Below, in pieces: positions 12,430 through 24,560 of a stretch of DNA of 64,000 bases. Position 1 is the stretch's first letter; every line of letters starts with the position of its first letter. Made by a program: the position numbers and the translations under genes. Source of the stretch: Neoechinorhynchus agilis (taxonomy: Eukaryota > Animalia > Acanthocephala); NCBI GenBank assembly GCA_051530055.1, contig CM121341.1, positions 5,434,784 to 5,498,783 on the forward strand, written 5' to 3'. Under the pieces are notes generated by a model. The model did not search any database. It was not told the DNA's origin and saw nothing but the letters and a program-made list of their open reading frames with translations.

Positions 12430-13925
12430 TCTTTAAATTTAGGTCGGAATGTGAGCAAGGTTTTATTTTCGAACAAAAAAATCACAAATGATTTAAAAAA
12501 TGTGAGAAATCGACATTCTTTATAAATAAAAACAATATTCTTCAGGATAATCTCCAATTTAGGTGGGGCGAAACTCTAGGAGGCTTTTATTTTCCCACAA
12601 AAAATTCAGAAATGATTTAAACAATGTGAGAAATCGACATTCCTTGTCAAAAAGAATAAAACTGTTCAGGAAAATCTCCAATTTTGGTCGGTCTAAACTC
12701 GAGGAGGCTTTTATTTTCCCCCAAAAAATCACAAATGATTTAAAAAATGTGAGAAATCGACATTCTTTATAAATAAAAACAATATTCTTCAGGATAATCT
12801 CCAATTTAGGTGGGGCGAAACTCTAGGAGGCTTTTATTTTCCCCAAAAAAATTCAGAAATGATTTAAACAATGTGAGAAATCGACATTCCTTGTCAAAAA
12901 GAATAAAACTGTTCAGGAAAATCTCCAATTTTGGTCGGTCTAAACTCGAGGAGGCTTTTATTTTCCCCCAAAAAATCACAAATGATTTAAAAAATGTGAG
13001 AAATCGACATTCTTTATAAATAAAAACAATATTCTTCAGGATAATCTCCAATTTAGGTCGAAAAGTAGGCTTTTATTCCAAAAAAATTCAGAAATGATTT
13101 AAACAATGTGAGAAATCGACATTCCTTGTCAAAAAGAATAAAACTGTTCAGGAAAATCTCCAATTTTGGTCGAAATCGAGGAGGCTTTTATTTTCCCAAA
13201 TCACAAATGATTTAAAAAATGTGAGAAATCGACATTCTTTATAAATAAAAACAATATTCTTCAGGATAATCTCCAATTTAGGTGGGGCGAAACTCTAGGA
13301 GGCTTTTATTTTCCCACAAAATCAGAAATGATTTAAACAATGTGAGAAATCGACATTCCTTGTCAAAAAGAATAAAACTGTTCAGGAAAATCTCCAATTT
13401 TGGTCGGTCTAAACTCGAGGAGGCTTTTATTTTCCCCCAAAAAATCACAAATGATTTAAAAAATGTGAGAAATCGACATTCTTTATAAATAAAAACAATA
13501 TTCTTCAGGATAATCTCCAATTTAGGTGGGGCGAAACTCTAGGAGGCTTTTATTTTCCCACAAAAAATTCAGAAATGATTTAAACAATGTGAGAAATCGA
13601 CATTCCTTGTCAAAAAGAATAAAACTGTTCAGGAAAATCTCCAATTTTGGTCGGTCTAAACTCGAGGAGGCTTTTATTTTCCCCCAAAAAATTCACAAAT
13701 GATTTAAAAAATGTGAGAAATCGACATTCTTTATAAATAAAAACAATATTCTTCAGGATAATCTCCAATTTAGGTGGGGCGAAACTCTAGGAGGCTTTTA
13801 TTTTCCCACAAAAAATTCAGAAATGATTTAAACAATGTGAGAAATCGACATTCCTTGTCAAAAAGAATAAAACTGTTCAGGAAAATCTCCAATATTGGTC
13901 GGTCGAAATGTCAGGAGGCTTTTAT
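12430..13925. repeat. 247-bp higher-order satellite made of alternating A/B ~123-bp monomers (~6 dimers)
   Basis: Spurious ORFs repeat at 12559 and 12806; two related monomers (..CATTCTTTATAAATAAAAAC.. and ..CATTCCTTGTCAAAAAGAAT..) alternate strictly. Confidence 0.93.
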
Positions 13926-15736
13926 CTTCCCGAAGGTAAGAAATTAACATTCTAAGTCAAAAACAATGAACCGCTTCTATTTCCTTCGATTAACATTACT
14001 CCGTATTTTCACTGCAGAACAAATACGAAACTCATCTCGAGTCTTTGATTTAGAATAACAAAAACGTCTTCGTTAGTCACCTTTCACAATCGTAGACCTC
14101 ACAAAAGATGACTAAGAGCTCACAACTGAGCGTTCTCAGGAATTTGGAATCGCAAAAAGCCCATAATTACGAGATTGGCTATCAGCGACATTTTGTTGCA
14201 CATCTCAACACGCTTTCAGACGGTCACATCGCCTTTTGATTAGATTAGAAAAATTGCGAACCGTTTGTAAGAATTTCTTAATCCAAGATTTCTATTAAAA
14301 GGAATAAGATTATTTTTGTATAATTTGTATTTGTAACTCGATAAAAATTTCCACGTGATTTGTTCCATTTTTGAAAAGCTTTTGATAAAACAAATTTCTA
14401 TCCTGTAAAATGATCATCACAACTTCAAATCGCTGATGATTATTAAGCAAAAGTTCGGTTTGTGCTGCGAAATGGTACAAAGAAAGATGCTTGATTGATT
14501 TCAAGATTTGAGCTATTTATTTTTCGAAATAACAGTGAGGGTTATGTCTTTAACGATCTACAATTTTCTTCTAATATTTTGTTTACAAGTAAACGGATAT
14601 CAATCTAAGAAATAATCTAACAAAAGATCCAATGTGAGAACATTGACAAAAGGGCGAATCTTGTTCTTCTAAAACATAATCATTAATTTAAGTTGAGACG
14701 ACGCAATGTGACTGAGGTTGACATTTCCACAATCTTAATCCGTAATGGGTTGAGCGACATTTTCTCCATTAGCCAAAGTGGCGGAAGATACTGGTAGCAT
14801 TTGCATGTAGAGCATTAATACAAATGAGGTTCTAGTCCATGAATAAATCATTGCCACTTCATTTCCTGTCTTCGTAGAACTTACGAACCAACAAATTACA
14901 TTTACAATGTTGAGGTTTTATAGACCACAAATTGCCATTGGTGCATTCTGTCTATGGCAAGCAATAAATCGAGAAAATATCACCCCTTGGCATAGTTGGT
15001 TTTGCGCGAGACTTTCCTGGACGGGTTTTTGTATTCTAGTTGATGGCAATTATTATTGGTTAATGGTCCATTGACGGTATTTATACTGCATTCGTTAGAT
15101 ACGGATTTCGGCTTAACAAAGGAAATTCATACTACATGGACTAACAAAATAAATCTGTCAAACAAAAAATTCCAGAAAGGATTTTCTAAATTGAACCTTA
15201 AACGAAGGTCAGAACATTTTTGATTTAAAATATAGATTTTGTACTCCATGAGATGAGTAACATATACGAAAATCCCGTAAAAAAACGCTTACTTGTCTCA
15301 AGGATACCGTCTAAATATAGAATGTCTCACAATAACGTCGCTCAAACAAAATACCTCTAGTTTGGGTTAGCAAACTCTTTATGAAATCTCGCAAACAAAT
15401 TCGTGGTGAAAAAGTGCAAATGCTCCTAAATTATCCGAAAAAACCTACCTATTAGCGTTTAAATTCAAAATTAACTTATGCCGAAAAGCCGCGGAAATTT
15501 AAAATATTTTCGAACCGTGCAACTAAAAAGCATTTCAGAACTGCAGTCTAAATCAGATTATCTTTTAGACAAACTTCATGCCTAATTTCCAAAGACAAAA
15601 ACAATTTTTCAATGTGCGAACAACGAAAAGGCATAATTAAGGACGTGTACATTCAATTTTTAGAATTTATCGAATGGTATTAATAGCGTTGCATGTTCAA
15701 AAAATCCTAGAAAAGTTCTATCAAAGATAAAATGAC

Positions 15737-15900
15737 ATTTTCTCTATACAACGAATGTGTAAAACTTGCCAACAATGCTTGATAAGGAGGTTGAGGCCTC
15801 GAAAATTTTCATGTTTACAAATAAATCTCGAGGGTGGAAAAAAGCTTGCCGTTGAGAGAAAATGAACTGAACCGCTCGAAGGAAAAACTCCATCGAATAA
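15737..15900 (-). repeat. Diverged, largely inverted relative of the 134-bp satellite monomer
   Basis: CATGTTTACAAATAAATCTCGAGGGTGGAAAA and GAGAAAATGAAC..CTCGAAGGAAAAACTC match the reverse complement of the 7640-9840 unit. Confidence 0.7.
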
Positions 15901-16506
15901 AATGACATGAAAATACCGGTTAAGCGTTGAATTTATAAAAAAATAGCCAAATTTAAGAAAGGTTATTGAGTTAATCGCAAATGTCCTATTCATAAGGAAC
16001 AAATGTTGCTGAAAATCTCCGACTTTTGACAAACAATTGTGTATGCCAAACGCTCTCGATGATTTGGTTACTATAACAATCTCATTAGGCACATTCCCTA
16101 TTGTCCCACCTACAAAAACCAACATCAATTTAAATGCAAACGCAGTGATTAGAAAATTCTATTATGTCATTTATATTGAAAGCAATAGACGCATTATTGA
16201 GTAAATGGTTGTGTTTATTCAAAAAAACCTTCAATTACGATCAACTTTCTGTCATAAAAAGACAACGAGAGGGGCATAAAAGTTTGTGTCATAGTTCACT
16301 GTCTTTTCGAAAAAGCAGAGCAACATTTACTCAAACAATCGTGTGAATTTCTCTTAAAATAAAACTATGGAAGGTGACACAATTTAAAATCTCATGAGAA
16401 TGTAAATGAAGCTTCAAAAAATACCACAAATCATTAAGGATTCGCTCTTTAATGCCAACAATTGAGTAGAATTTAGAATTTATTATTGATCACATTTTAA
16501 TCAAAT

Positions 16507-16743
16507 TTAATGATAGTAATACGGCCATGATGGAGTCGAGATTTCATAACTATACTGCTGCTGCTGCTGGTAGTAAGGAGAAGGGGTTTGAAAGCTCGAA
16601 TATTGATTTGAGAAAGTCGATGGTTCTCGGTAATGTTGTGGCATATATTGCTGATTGTAGTTCACATACGGTTGTGCTCCATACGGAACGTTATAGGCAG
16701 CGTTTCGGCCTCCGCAGTTGTTGGCTGGACACCCGTATTCCAT
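16507..16743 (-). CDS. Small Tyr/Gln/Pro-rich low-complexity protein, unknown function (may be a terminal exon)
   Basis: 78-aa ORF with biased composition and a CAG tract; preceded by the acceptor-like TTCCTTCTCAG immediately before ATG. Confidence 0.45.
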   Translation of the reverse strand: MEYGCPANNCGGRNAAYNVPYGAQPYVNYNQQYMPQHYREPSTFSNQYSSFQTPSPYYQQQQQYSYEISTPSWPYYYH

Positions 16744-17149
16744 TCTGAGAAGGAAACACGACTGCTTGTCTTTTTAAAAAGATGGTTTTTTAGTTTGCGT
16801 TTTCTTTTGTTATTCAACTCTTTGAATATGAGTAAGCCGTCTCGGTGGGATGCAATTGAACATAATTCGTGAGTACATAACCGCGCAAATGCATAAAATT
16901 AAAGGACTTATGCACACGAACTGGAACACAGAATTCGTAGACTTCAGCAAATAACGTTCGTTTCATTGATTAATACATATTCTGGGATGATCAAATCTAG
17001 TAGCACTTTCCAACGTTGTTGTGTGTTCTAAAAATACCGATCTTTATTGCTTTTGTTTCAATCTATCATTTATCGGCTATATTTTTTTGAACAATCCAAA
17101 AAAGTTTATTAACATAACCTACAGAATCTCGGAGAAGAAATCAATTACG

Positions 17150-17665
17150 CCACTGCTCTGGATCTCTGAAGGTGTCGTCCTTGTGTAACGGTCGAAATGA
17201 CGGATGCAGTGTTCCCTCCCCGTTGGCTTCCTGAGCTCGGATCGCCAGTGATTCGTCTGAGTCTCTTGGACAAAAAAACTACGATATATATCCACCACCG
17301 CCTTTCTGGATCTCTCAAGGTGTCGTCCTTGTGTAACGGTCGAAAAAACGGATGCAGTGTTCCCTCCCCGTTGGCTTCCTGAACTCGGATCGCCAGTGAT
17401 TCGTCTGAGTCTCTTGGACAAAAAAACTACGATATATATCAACCACCGCCTTTCTGGATCTCTCAAGGTGTCGTCCTTGTGTAACGGTCGAAAAAACGGA
17501 TGCAGTGTTCCCTCCCCGTTGGCTTCCTGAGCTCGGATGGCCAGTGATTCGTCTGAGTCTCTTGGACAAAAAAACTACGATATATATCAACCACCGCCTT
17601 TCTGGATCTCTCAAGGTGTCGTCCTTGTGTAACGGTCGAAAAAACGGATGCAGTGTTCCATCCCC
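17150..17665. repeat. 148-bp tandem repeat (~3.4 units), outer end of the left palindrome arm
   Basis: GTGTCGTCC at 17172, 17320, 17468 and 17616. Confidence 0.92.
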
Positions 17666-18599
17666 CTGCCCGAGCTCGGAGAATACTGCTACACCGTTCG
17701 GTCTACGGTGCCCATCGAGTCGGCAAAGATTGCCCGACTCTAGGAAAACAATACCGCTAGAACATTACTGCATTTTCTAACAACAAATCTAAAAATGGTC
17801 GGCGTTCATTTTGTATCCGCAGATGAGAACTTAGTACAATGCACCGATTAGTAATTAAAACATTAATTAAACGATTGAACTGATATGTTCAAAAGTGCTA
17901 AGATTTTCACGTTCAGGAATAATGCAATGTTTATCTTATTCAAAAAGTGTGTGTAGCAAGCGTACATTGATTAAAGATGAATTATTTTTTCGAATTTAGA
18001 ATTGAATAAACATTCTATTTTTCCTTTCTTTTTTTTGTAGTTTTGCTACCCTCCCGGGGTTTTAAATTCACTAATTTATTTCCTTGGTATTTCACGTCTA
18101 ATAATCTCGACATTTCCCTAAAATTTATCATTGTTGTAATAGACGCTTTCGATACTAAATAAAAATGGCAAACCCTGGGTGAAATGTCGGAATTATCCGA
18201 GAGGTGAAATATCGAGGAAATAATTAAGTTAATCTAAAACCCCGCAAGCGTGGGATTACTGCCAAAAGAAATAGTGCCTTTTCTCTCGCCGTAAACAATA
18301 ATCCGCGATATACTATTTTAATTTATTTCCCGTCGGATAATGAAGCAATTTCCCCATGAGTTATAAAGAAGAATATGCCGGAATTATTCGACGTGAAATA
18401 TGGAAAATAAATCAAAGAAACAATTTTTCTACCTTTTCTCCTTATTTATACTGTTTGTTGTTGTGAATTCGAATATAAAACTTTTAATCATTGCAAGCTA
18501 AAATCTTTTTCCGCAATAACAGACAAATACACCTTAATTTAAATTTTTTATTTCTCAAACAAGTATTTGATCACATGCTCGCTCCTTTCCACGGGGTTT

Positions 18600-19223
18600 T
18601 TAGACGACAATTCGATAAGTAACGTACCGTCCGGCCGTTTCTGAATTTCGAATAATCCGCACAAGAACTCCTCGTTGAAGACCGAAATAACGTGCGACGG
18701 GATCAGAAGTCAACATTTTTGGCAGTTGATTTTCTCCTATCATGTATTTTGACAAGACGGATTGTTTTTCCTCTTCACTGAGTACCACATGAACCGGTAC
18801 GAGCTCGTGTTCAGTTACATTTATGACCAATTCCCGATCCAAGAAATGTTCAAACCGAACATCGTTAGAGTCCTGACTTATGAACTGTTTCGCTGATGGT
18901 GTCAGAGCGCCTTTTGATATTATAATGCAATGCTTGCACTTTTCTTTATCTAGCTGACCCAATATATTCTTTAGAAAGCCAGTTCCGATCTTTTCCTCGT
19001 CGGCAAAGCGTACAAAAAGAGTATCCGTACCAGAATCTTTGGTAACAAAAATACTCAGCTCCGAGCGTTTGATTGTTTCATCCGGTGCAGAGAATTTAGC
19101 CAGGAAATCTTCAAAAGACTCATCGAGCTCATCTTGAGAAACGAAGTAGCCACGATCACGGACGAGTTGAGCTGCAGTCTTACGAACGCGGTACATTATC
19201 CAAGCCTCGTTTGATTGAGCCAT
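18600..19223 (-). CDS. POLR2E: RNA polymerase I/II/III shared subunit RPB5, copy A (intronless CDS, 207 aa)
   Basis: RKT..QL..DRGY, TPSAKQ, NVTEHELVP, ENQLP, DPVARYFG and SETAGRYVTYR motifs. Confidence 0.95.
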   Translation of the reverse strand: MAQSNEAWIMYRVRKTAAQLVRDRGYFVSQDELDESFEDFLAKFSAPDETIKRSELSIFVTKDSGTDTLFVRFADEEKIGTGFLKNILGQLDKEKCKHCIIISKGALTPSAKQFISQDSNDVRFEHFLDRELVINVTEHELVPVHVVLSEEEKQSVLSKYMIGENQLPKMLTSDPVARYFGLQRGVLVRIIRNSETAGRYVTYRIVV

Positions 19224-20085
19224 CTAAAAAGAGAGAGAAAATCCCAATAAAGACGCAGGATCCAATATGGAGAATGCTTCCAATTCGCGAAATTGTTTAA
19301 AAACTAACGAAAACGACCATCGATCTTATATAGCAATAAAATTCATCATTTGAAAGAGCTTACGAATGATCGATTCTTCGTTTTTTTATTACGATTCACA
19401 CGAATTCCTCGAAATGAAAAATAGGTGGTAAAGCAATAAAACTATTCATAAATGAATGGGAATTTGCGAGAGCCAATCAGGAGATTTACAGCACAAACGA
19501 ATTTCTGAACCCAGTGAGAGGAAAACAAATGAGCGTATTATTTCGCTTTAAAGTAGTTTTCAATCATATGAATGATTGATTCTTCGTTTTTTATTACTAT
19601 TCACACTCGAAACGATCAATAGGTGATAAAGCAATAAAACGACCCCCTTGCAAATTCCCATAGATTTGTTAATTGTTTTATCACCTATTGATCGTTTCGA
19701 GTGTGAATAGTAATAAAAAACGAAGAATCAATCATTCATATGATTGAAAACTACTTTAAAGCGAAATAATACGCTCATTTGTTTTTCCTCTCACTGGGTT
19801 CAGAAATTCGTTTGTGCTGTAAATCTCCTGATTGGCTCTCGCAAATTCCCATTCATTTATGAATAGTTTTATTGCTTTACCACCTATTTTTTCATTTCGA
19901 GGAATTCGTGTGAATCGTAATAAAAAAACGAAGAATCGATCATTCGTAAGCTCTTTCAAATGATGAATTTTATTGCTATATAAGATCGATGGTCGTTTTC
20001 GTTAGTTTTTAAACAATTTCGCGAATTGGAAGCATTCTCCATATTGGATCCTGCGTCTTTATTGGGATTTTCTCTCTCTTTTTAG

Positions 20086-20710
20086 ATGGCTCAATCAAAC
20101 GAGGCTTGGATAATGGTACCGCGTTCGTAAGACTGCAGCTCAACTCGTCCGTGATCGTGGCTACTTCGTTTCTCAAGATGAGCTCGATGAGTCTTTTGAA
20201 GATTTCCTGGCTAAATTCTCTGCACCGGATGAAACAATCAAACGCTCGGAGCTGAGTATTTTTGTTACCAAAGATTCTGGTACGGATACTCTTTTTGTAC
20301 GCTTTGCCGACGAGGAAAAGATCGGAACTGGCTTTCTAAAGAATATATTGGGTCAGCTAGATAAAGAAAAGTGCAAGCATTGCATTATAATATCAAAAGG
20401 CGCTCTGACACCATCAGCGAAACAGTTCATAAGTCAGGACTCTAACGATGTTCGGTTTGAACATTTCTTGGATCGGGAATTGGTCATAAATGTAACTGAA
20501 CACGAGCTCGTACCGGTTCATGTGGTACTCAGTGAAGAGGAAAAACAATCCGTCTTGTCAAAATACATGATAGGAGAAAATCAACTGCCAAAAATGTTGA
20601 CTTCTGATCCCGTCGCACGTTATTTCGGTCTTCAACGAGGAGTTCTTGTGCGGATTATTCGAAATTCAGAAACGGCCGGACGGTACGTTACTTATCGAAT
20701 TGTCGTCTAA
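20086..20710 (+). pseudogene. POLR2E: RPB5 copy B, mirror of copy A, with a +1 G at 20116 (real frameshift or consensus error)
   Basis: Otherwise matches copy A; ATGGTAC versus ATGTAC at codons 10-11; 625 nt versus 624 nt. Confidence 0.8.
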
Positions 20711-21644
20711 AAACCCCGTGGAAAGGAGCGAGCATGTGATCAAATACTTGTTTGAGAAATAAAAAATTTAAATTAAGGTGTATTTGTCTGTTATTGCGGA
20801 AAAAGATTTTAGCTTGCAATGATTAAAAGTTTTATATTCGAATTCACAACAACAAACAGTATAAATAAGGAGAAAAGGTAGAAAAATTGTTTCTTTGATT
20901 TATTTTCCATATTTCACGTCGAATAATTCCGGCATATTCTTCTTTATAACTCATGGGGAAATTGCTTCATTATCCGACGGGAAATAAATTAAAATAGTAT
21001 ATCGCGGATTATTGTTTACGGCGAGAGAAAAGGCACTATTTCTTTTGGCAGTAATCCCACGCTTGCGGGGTTTTAGATTAACTTAATTATTTCCTCGATA
21101 TTTCACCTCTCGGATAATTCCGACATTTCACCCAGGGTTTGCCATTTTTATTTAGTATCGAAAGCGTCTATTACAACAATGATAAATTTTAGGGAAATGT
21201 CGAGATTATTAGACGTGAAATACCAAGGAAATAAATTAGTGAATTTAAAACCCCGGGAGGGTAGCAAAACTACAAAAAAAAGAAAGGAAAAATAGAATGT
21301 TTATTCAATTCTAAATTCGAAAAAATAATTCATCTTTAATCAATGTACGCTTGCTACACACACTTTTTGAATAAGATAAACATTGCATTATTCCTGAACG
21401 TGAAAATCTTAGCACTTTTGAACATATCAGTTCAATCGTTTAATTAATGTTTTAATTACTAATCGGTGCATTGTACTAAGTTCTCATCTGCGGATACAAA
21501 ATGAACGCCGACCATTTTTAGATTTGTTGTTAGAAAATGCAGTAATGTTCTAGCGGTATTGTTTTCCTAGAGTCGGGCAATCTTTGCCGACTCGATGGGC
21601 ACCGTAGACCGAACGGTGTAGCAGTATTCTCCGAGCTCGGGCAG

Positions 21645-21978
21645 GGGGATGGAACACTGCATCCGTTTTTTCGACCGTTACACAAGAACGACACCTTGAG
21701 AGATCCAGAAAGGCGGTGGTTGATATATATCGTAGTTTTTTTGTCCAAGAGACTCAGACGAATCACTGGCCATCCGAGTTCAGGAAGCCAACGGGGAGGG
21801 AACACTGCATCCGTTTTTTCGACCGTTACACAAGGACGACACCTTGAGAGATCCAGAAAGGCGGTGGTTGATATATATCGTTGTTTTTTGTCCAAGAGAC
21901 TCAGACGAATCACTGGCGATCCGAGCTCAGGAAGCCAACGGGGAGGGAACACTGCATCCGTCATTTCGACCGTTACAC
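21645..21978. repeat. 148-bp tandem repeat, inverted copy at the outer end of the right palindrome arm
   Basis: Reverse complement of the 17183-17665 units. Confidence 0.9.
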
Positions 21979-22002
21979 CGGGATGGCAGGCGCAGTAGCA
22001 TG

Positions 22003-22915
22003 TGTGATGACCTTCAAAAGGTTTTATTGAATAGATAACACACTGAGAAAAACTAAACACTTGCACACATTGTATCGTTATTTTGAATATAATAGTAACA
22101 TCAATGAATATAATAGTCAGGACACTGGGTCGATATTCTATATCAACCTTCGGCAGGTCTCATGAATAAAATCGGCAGGAGCGAAGAACTAATTGACCAT
22201 TTTGACTAATCCACTTAGAACCCTCTAAGAGGCGCTTCAGGAGTACCTACATCCACGTTCGAATCATTGGTTGAATCCTTATATTCAATTGGCGCATCAA
22301 TGGAGGAGCGGGAGGTAGGAGCTAGTCGTTGGGTGGAAACTTTGTCAACGCGACCGTCAGGATATTCCACAACTGAATATTTTTCATTAGTATAATTTTG
22401 GTGAATATACTCCCGGTCATAACCTATTTGATTTTGATTTATTGGAAATATTTCGAGCTGAGACCTCATTGTTTTGCTCTTAAAGCATCATCCAGGCCTG
22501 TTTCCTCCTCGATTAATTCGAATACATCCGCTCAGATGTTGAATAGAAAAATGTCGATAAAGGGATGACCGTCGGTGGATTGCATCATATGTTGAAGATT
22601 TCTTCTCCGCAATTTATATGTTTTCGATGCTTCCTCATTATGTGGCATAACATTGAATCGTTCCAACCGCCATGTTTTGTTGGAAGTAGTCCGGTCACTC
22701 CGTGATAGTGACGTTTCTTGATTCAATGTTGATTGCATGTCCTTGTGATCACCTTCTGCTGTTTCCATCAAGAGAACCCGTTTCTATTCAATAAATTGTG
22801 ATGACCTTTAAGAGGTTTCATTGGATAGAAAACACACTGACAAAAACCAAACACTTGCTAACATGTTGTAACGTTATTATGAATATAATGGTAACGTCAA
22901 TGAATATATTATTAT
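22003..22915 (-). mobile_element. Possible Ty3/gypsy LTR-retrotransposon remnant: direct repeats at ~22003-22120 and ~22797-22915 flank an integrase-tail-like ORF (22215-22469)
   Basis: Both repeats begin TGTGATGACCTT; VEYPDGRVDKVSTQRLAP resembles the gypsy integrase C-terminal motif; no clear PBS or PPT found. Confidence 0.4.
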
Positions 22916-23052
22916 TATTATTATTTCACGCCTCATACAACATACACACAATCAATCTCTTAATTCCTCTTTCTTGCTTGATCTAATATGTCTCGGGCCC
23001 AAGATGGCTGTGAGTTGTGGGACGATCTCTTAATGAATATAATAGAAACGTG

Positions 23053-23265
23053 GGCCCAGTGGCCGTGTGGCATAAGCGCGTTCATAATGCGCTTGATATG
23101 TCGAAGGTTCAACACCACCGGTCGCTGGGTTCCACGGTTGTGCGAGGCTGCTGGAAGGGGTGGGGTCAGGTTTTGAGATTGCCCATCGGCCCCAAAGGGG
23201 GTTGGCCCCGTTCCTTCGAGTGCGGCTGAGCGATTCCGTTGTGTGCAAGTTAGCCGAAAGGCTCA
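23053..23265 (+). mobile_element. tRNA-derived SINE-like element (Pol III A and B boxes, degenerate cloverleaf, GC-rich body)
   Basis: GGCCCAG(23053)/CTGGGTT(23125) acceptor-like stem; A box TGGCCGTGTGG at 23060; B box GGTTCAACACC at 23106; terminal AGCC-GAAA-GGCT hairpin. Confidence 0.5.
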
Positions 23266-23619
23266 AAAAGGAATATAGCCGAAGCTATCAAAGAAGATGT
23301 CGCAAGACCAATGATTGTATGTGGCCTTTGATAATAAATAAAATAAATAGCAACGTCAATGAATATAATAGTAACGTCACTAAATAATGGTGATGCCACT
23401 TGGTCGATATTCCATAACTGCGTGAATGATTTCTGCTCCAAGATTCTGTTGGCCATGTTAATAAACTTTGCTGAACTGTTCAAAAATACAGCAGGTAATA
23501 ATGATAATAACACGTTTATTGAGTTCAAAAAAAGCGTATCCGTTATAATGGAAAAATCCAGCCGAGGGATATCCGTGGAGTAAGAATATCTGGTCACGGA
23601 GAGATTATGAGGTTGAGTC

Positions 23620-24560
23620 TTTCCTTTATTTCATTTCAAATTATGATATCCGAGAAGATTGGGCGGCATGGAAAAAGGAGCGTAGGTATATGGAGGTGCG
23701 AGGTCGACGAAGATGAAACGAATTGAAATTACGAGTGTTGTGTTCGTGTGAAATGGAAGCGATATTTGGTAGAAATTATGGTGGTGGCATGATCGATAGG
23801 CGTTTTGATTGTTTAATGAAAATAGCATCAAGGCATTCGGTGAGAGGGGAAAAGTCAGCTGTGCAAATTTTAGATGCTCTTTATGAAACATTTCAAGACG
23901 ATGGGTTTGAGATTTGGAAAGGTTGCAAAATACGGGATAACCGTGGGTGAGGGACGGTAAGACAAAGCAGAAGTAAAATTTGTCCCATTACAAGTTTGAT
24001 TAAAATTGGAGACCCAGAATTCTTAGGGAGGTGACTACAGGAGAGAGGGGATAGTTTCCAAGAATTTAGAGAAATTCAGGTGGAGTTTGTAATTTGTGCA
24101 GAAATCTTTTACGTGTGTGATTTCGTTAGACGTTAAGGAGAGGGAGAGGTGGAGGTGAATGGGTGATGAGGGTGATATCATCGGTGTACAAGAAGAGTTA
24201 AGAGTGAGAGGAGAGAGGTCGTTTAGCAAAATATTAAAAAGAAGTGGTGACAGAATAGCACCTTGAGGTACGCCTTTGGTGAGGGGAAGGCTGACAGAGG
24301 AGGTAGAACGGCAGCAAATGTATTTTTTGCGAGTGTGAAGATAAGATTCGAGCCAGCGGATCGGCCACAGCTTGAGAGCCACATCGGAGAAGGCCAGGAG
24401 AAGGAGTGAATGGTCCACTGGGTCGAAAGCTTTCGATAAATCAAGTTAAATGAGACGGCTGACGTGGGAGGGATTATTGTCAAGGTTACCTTGCAATGTG
24501 TCATAAATGCAGAGTAGGGCATCGGTTGCAGAAAATTTGGGCCAGAAGCTAAAATGTAGG
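23620..24560 (-). mobile_element. Decayed CR1/L2-like LINE reverse-transcriptase fragment
   Basis: SKAFDPVDH, GVPQGAILSPLLFNI and LYTDDI motifs; 3' part matches 30680-31370 and 61100-61745. Confidence 0.8.

Larger units (their letters stand above)
17183..21978. repeat. Large near-perfect inverted duplication (arms ~17183-19637 and ~19669-21978, ~30-nt spacer)
   Basis: The right arm reads as the reverse complement of the left arm, including RPB5, its 3' flank and the 148-bp array; the arms differ by one 148-bp unit and a few bases. Confidence 0.93.

Noticed and set aside
13960-15700. Coding potential in the AT-rich interval
   Set aside because: All frames examined are interrupted and no motif was recognised.
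23053-23131. Functional tRNA gene
   Set aside because: The T-stem and anticodon stem do not pair properly and extra bases precede the 3' acceptor strand; treated as a SINE head.
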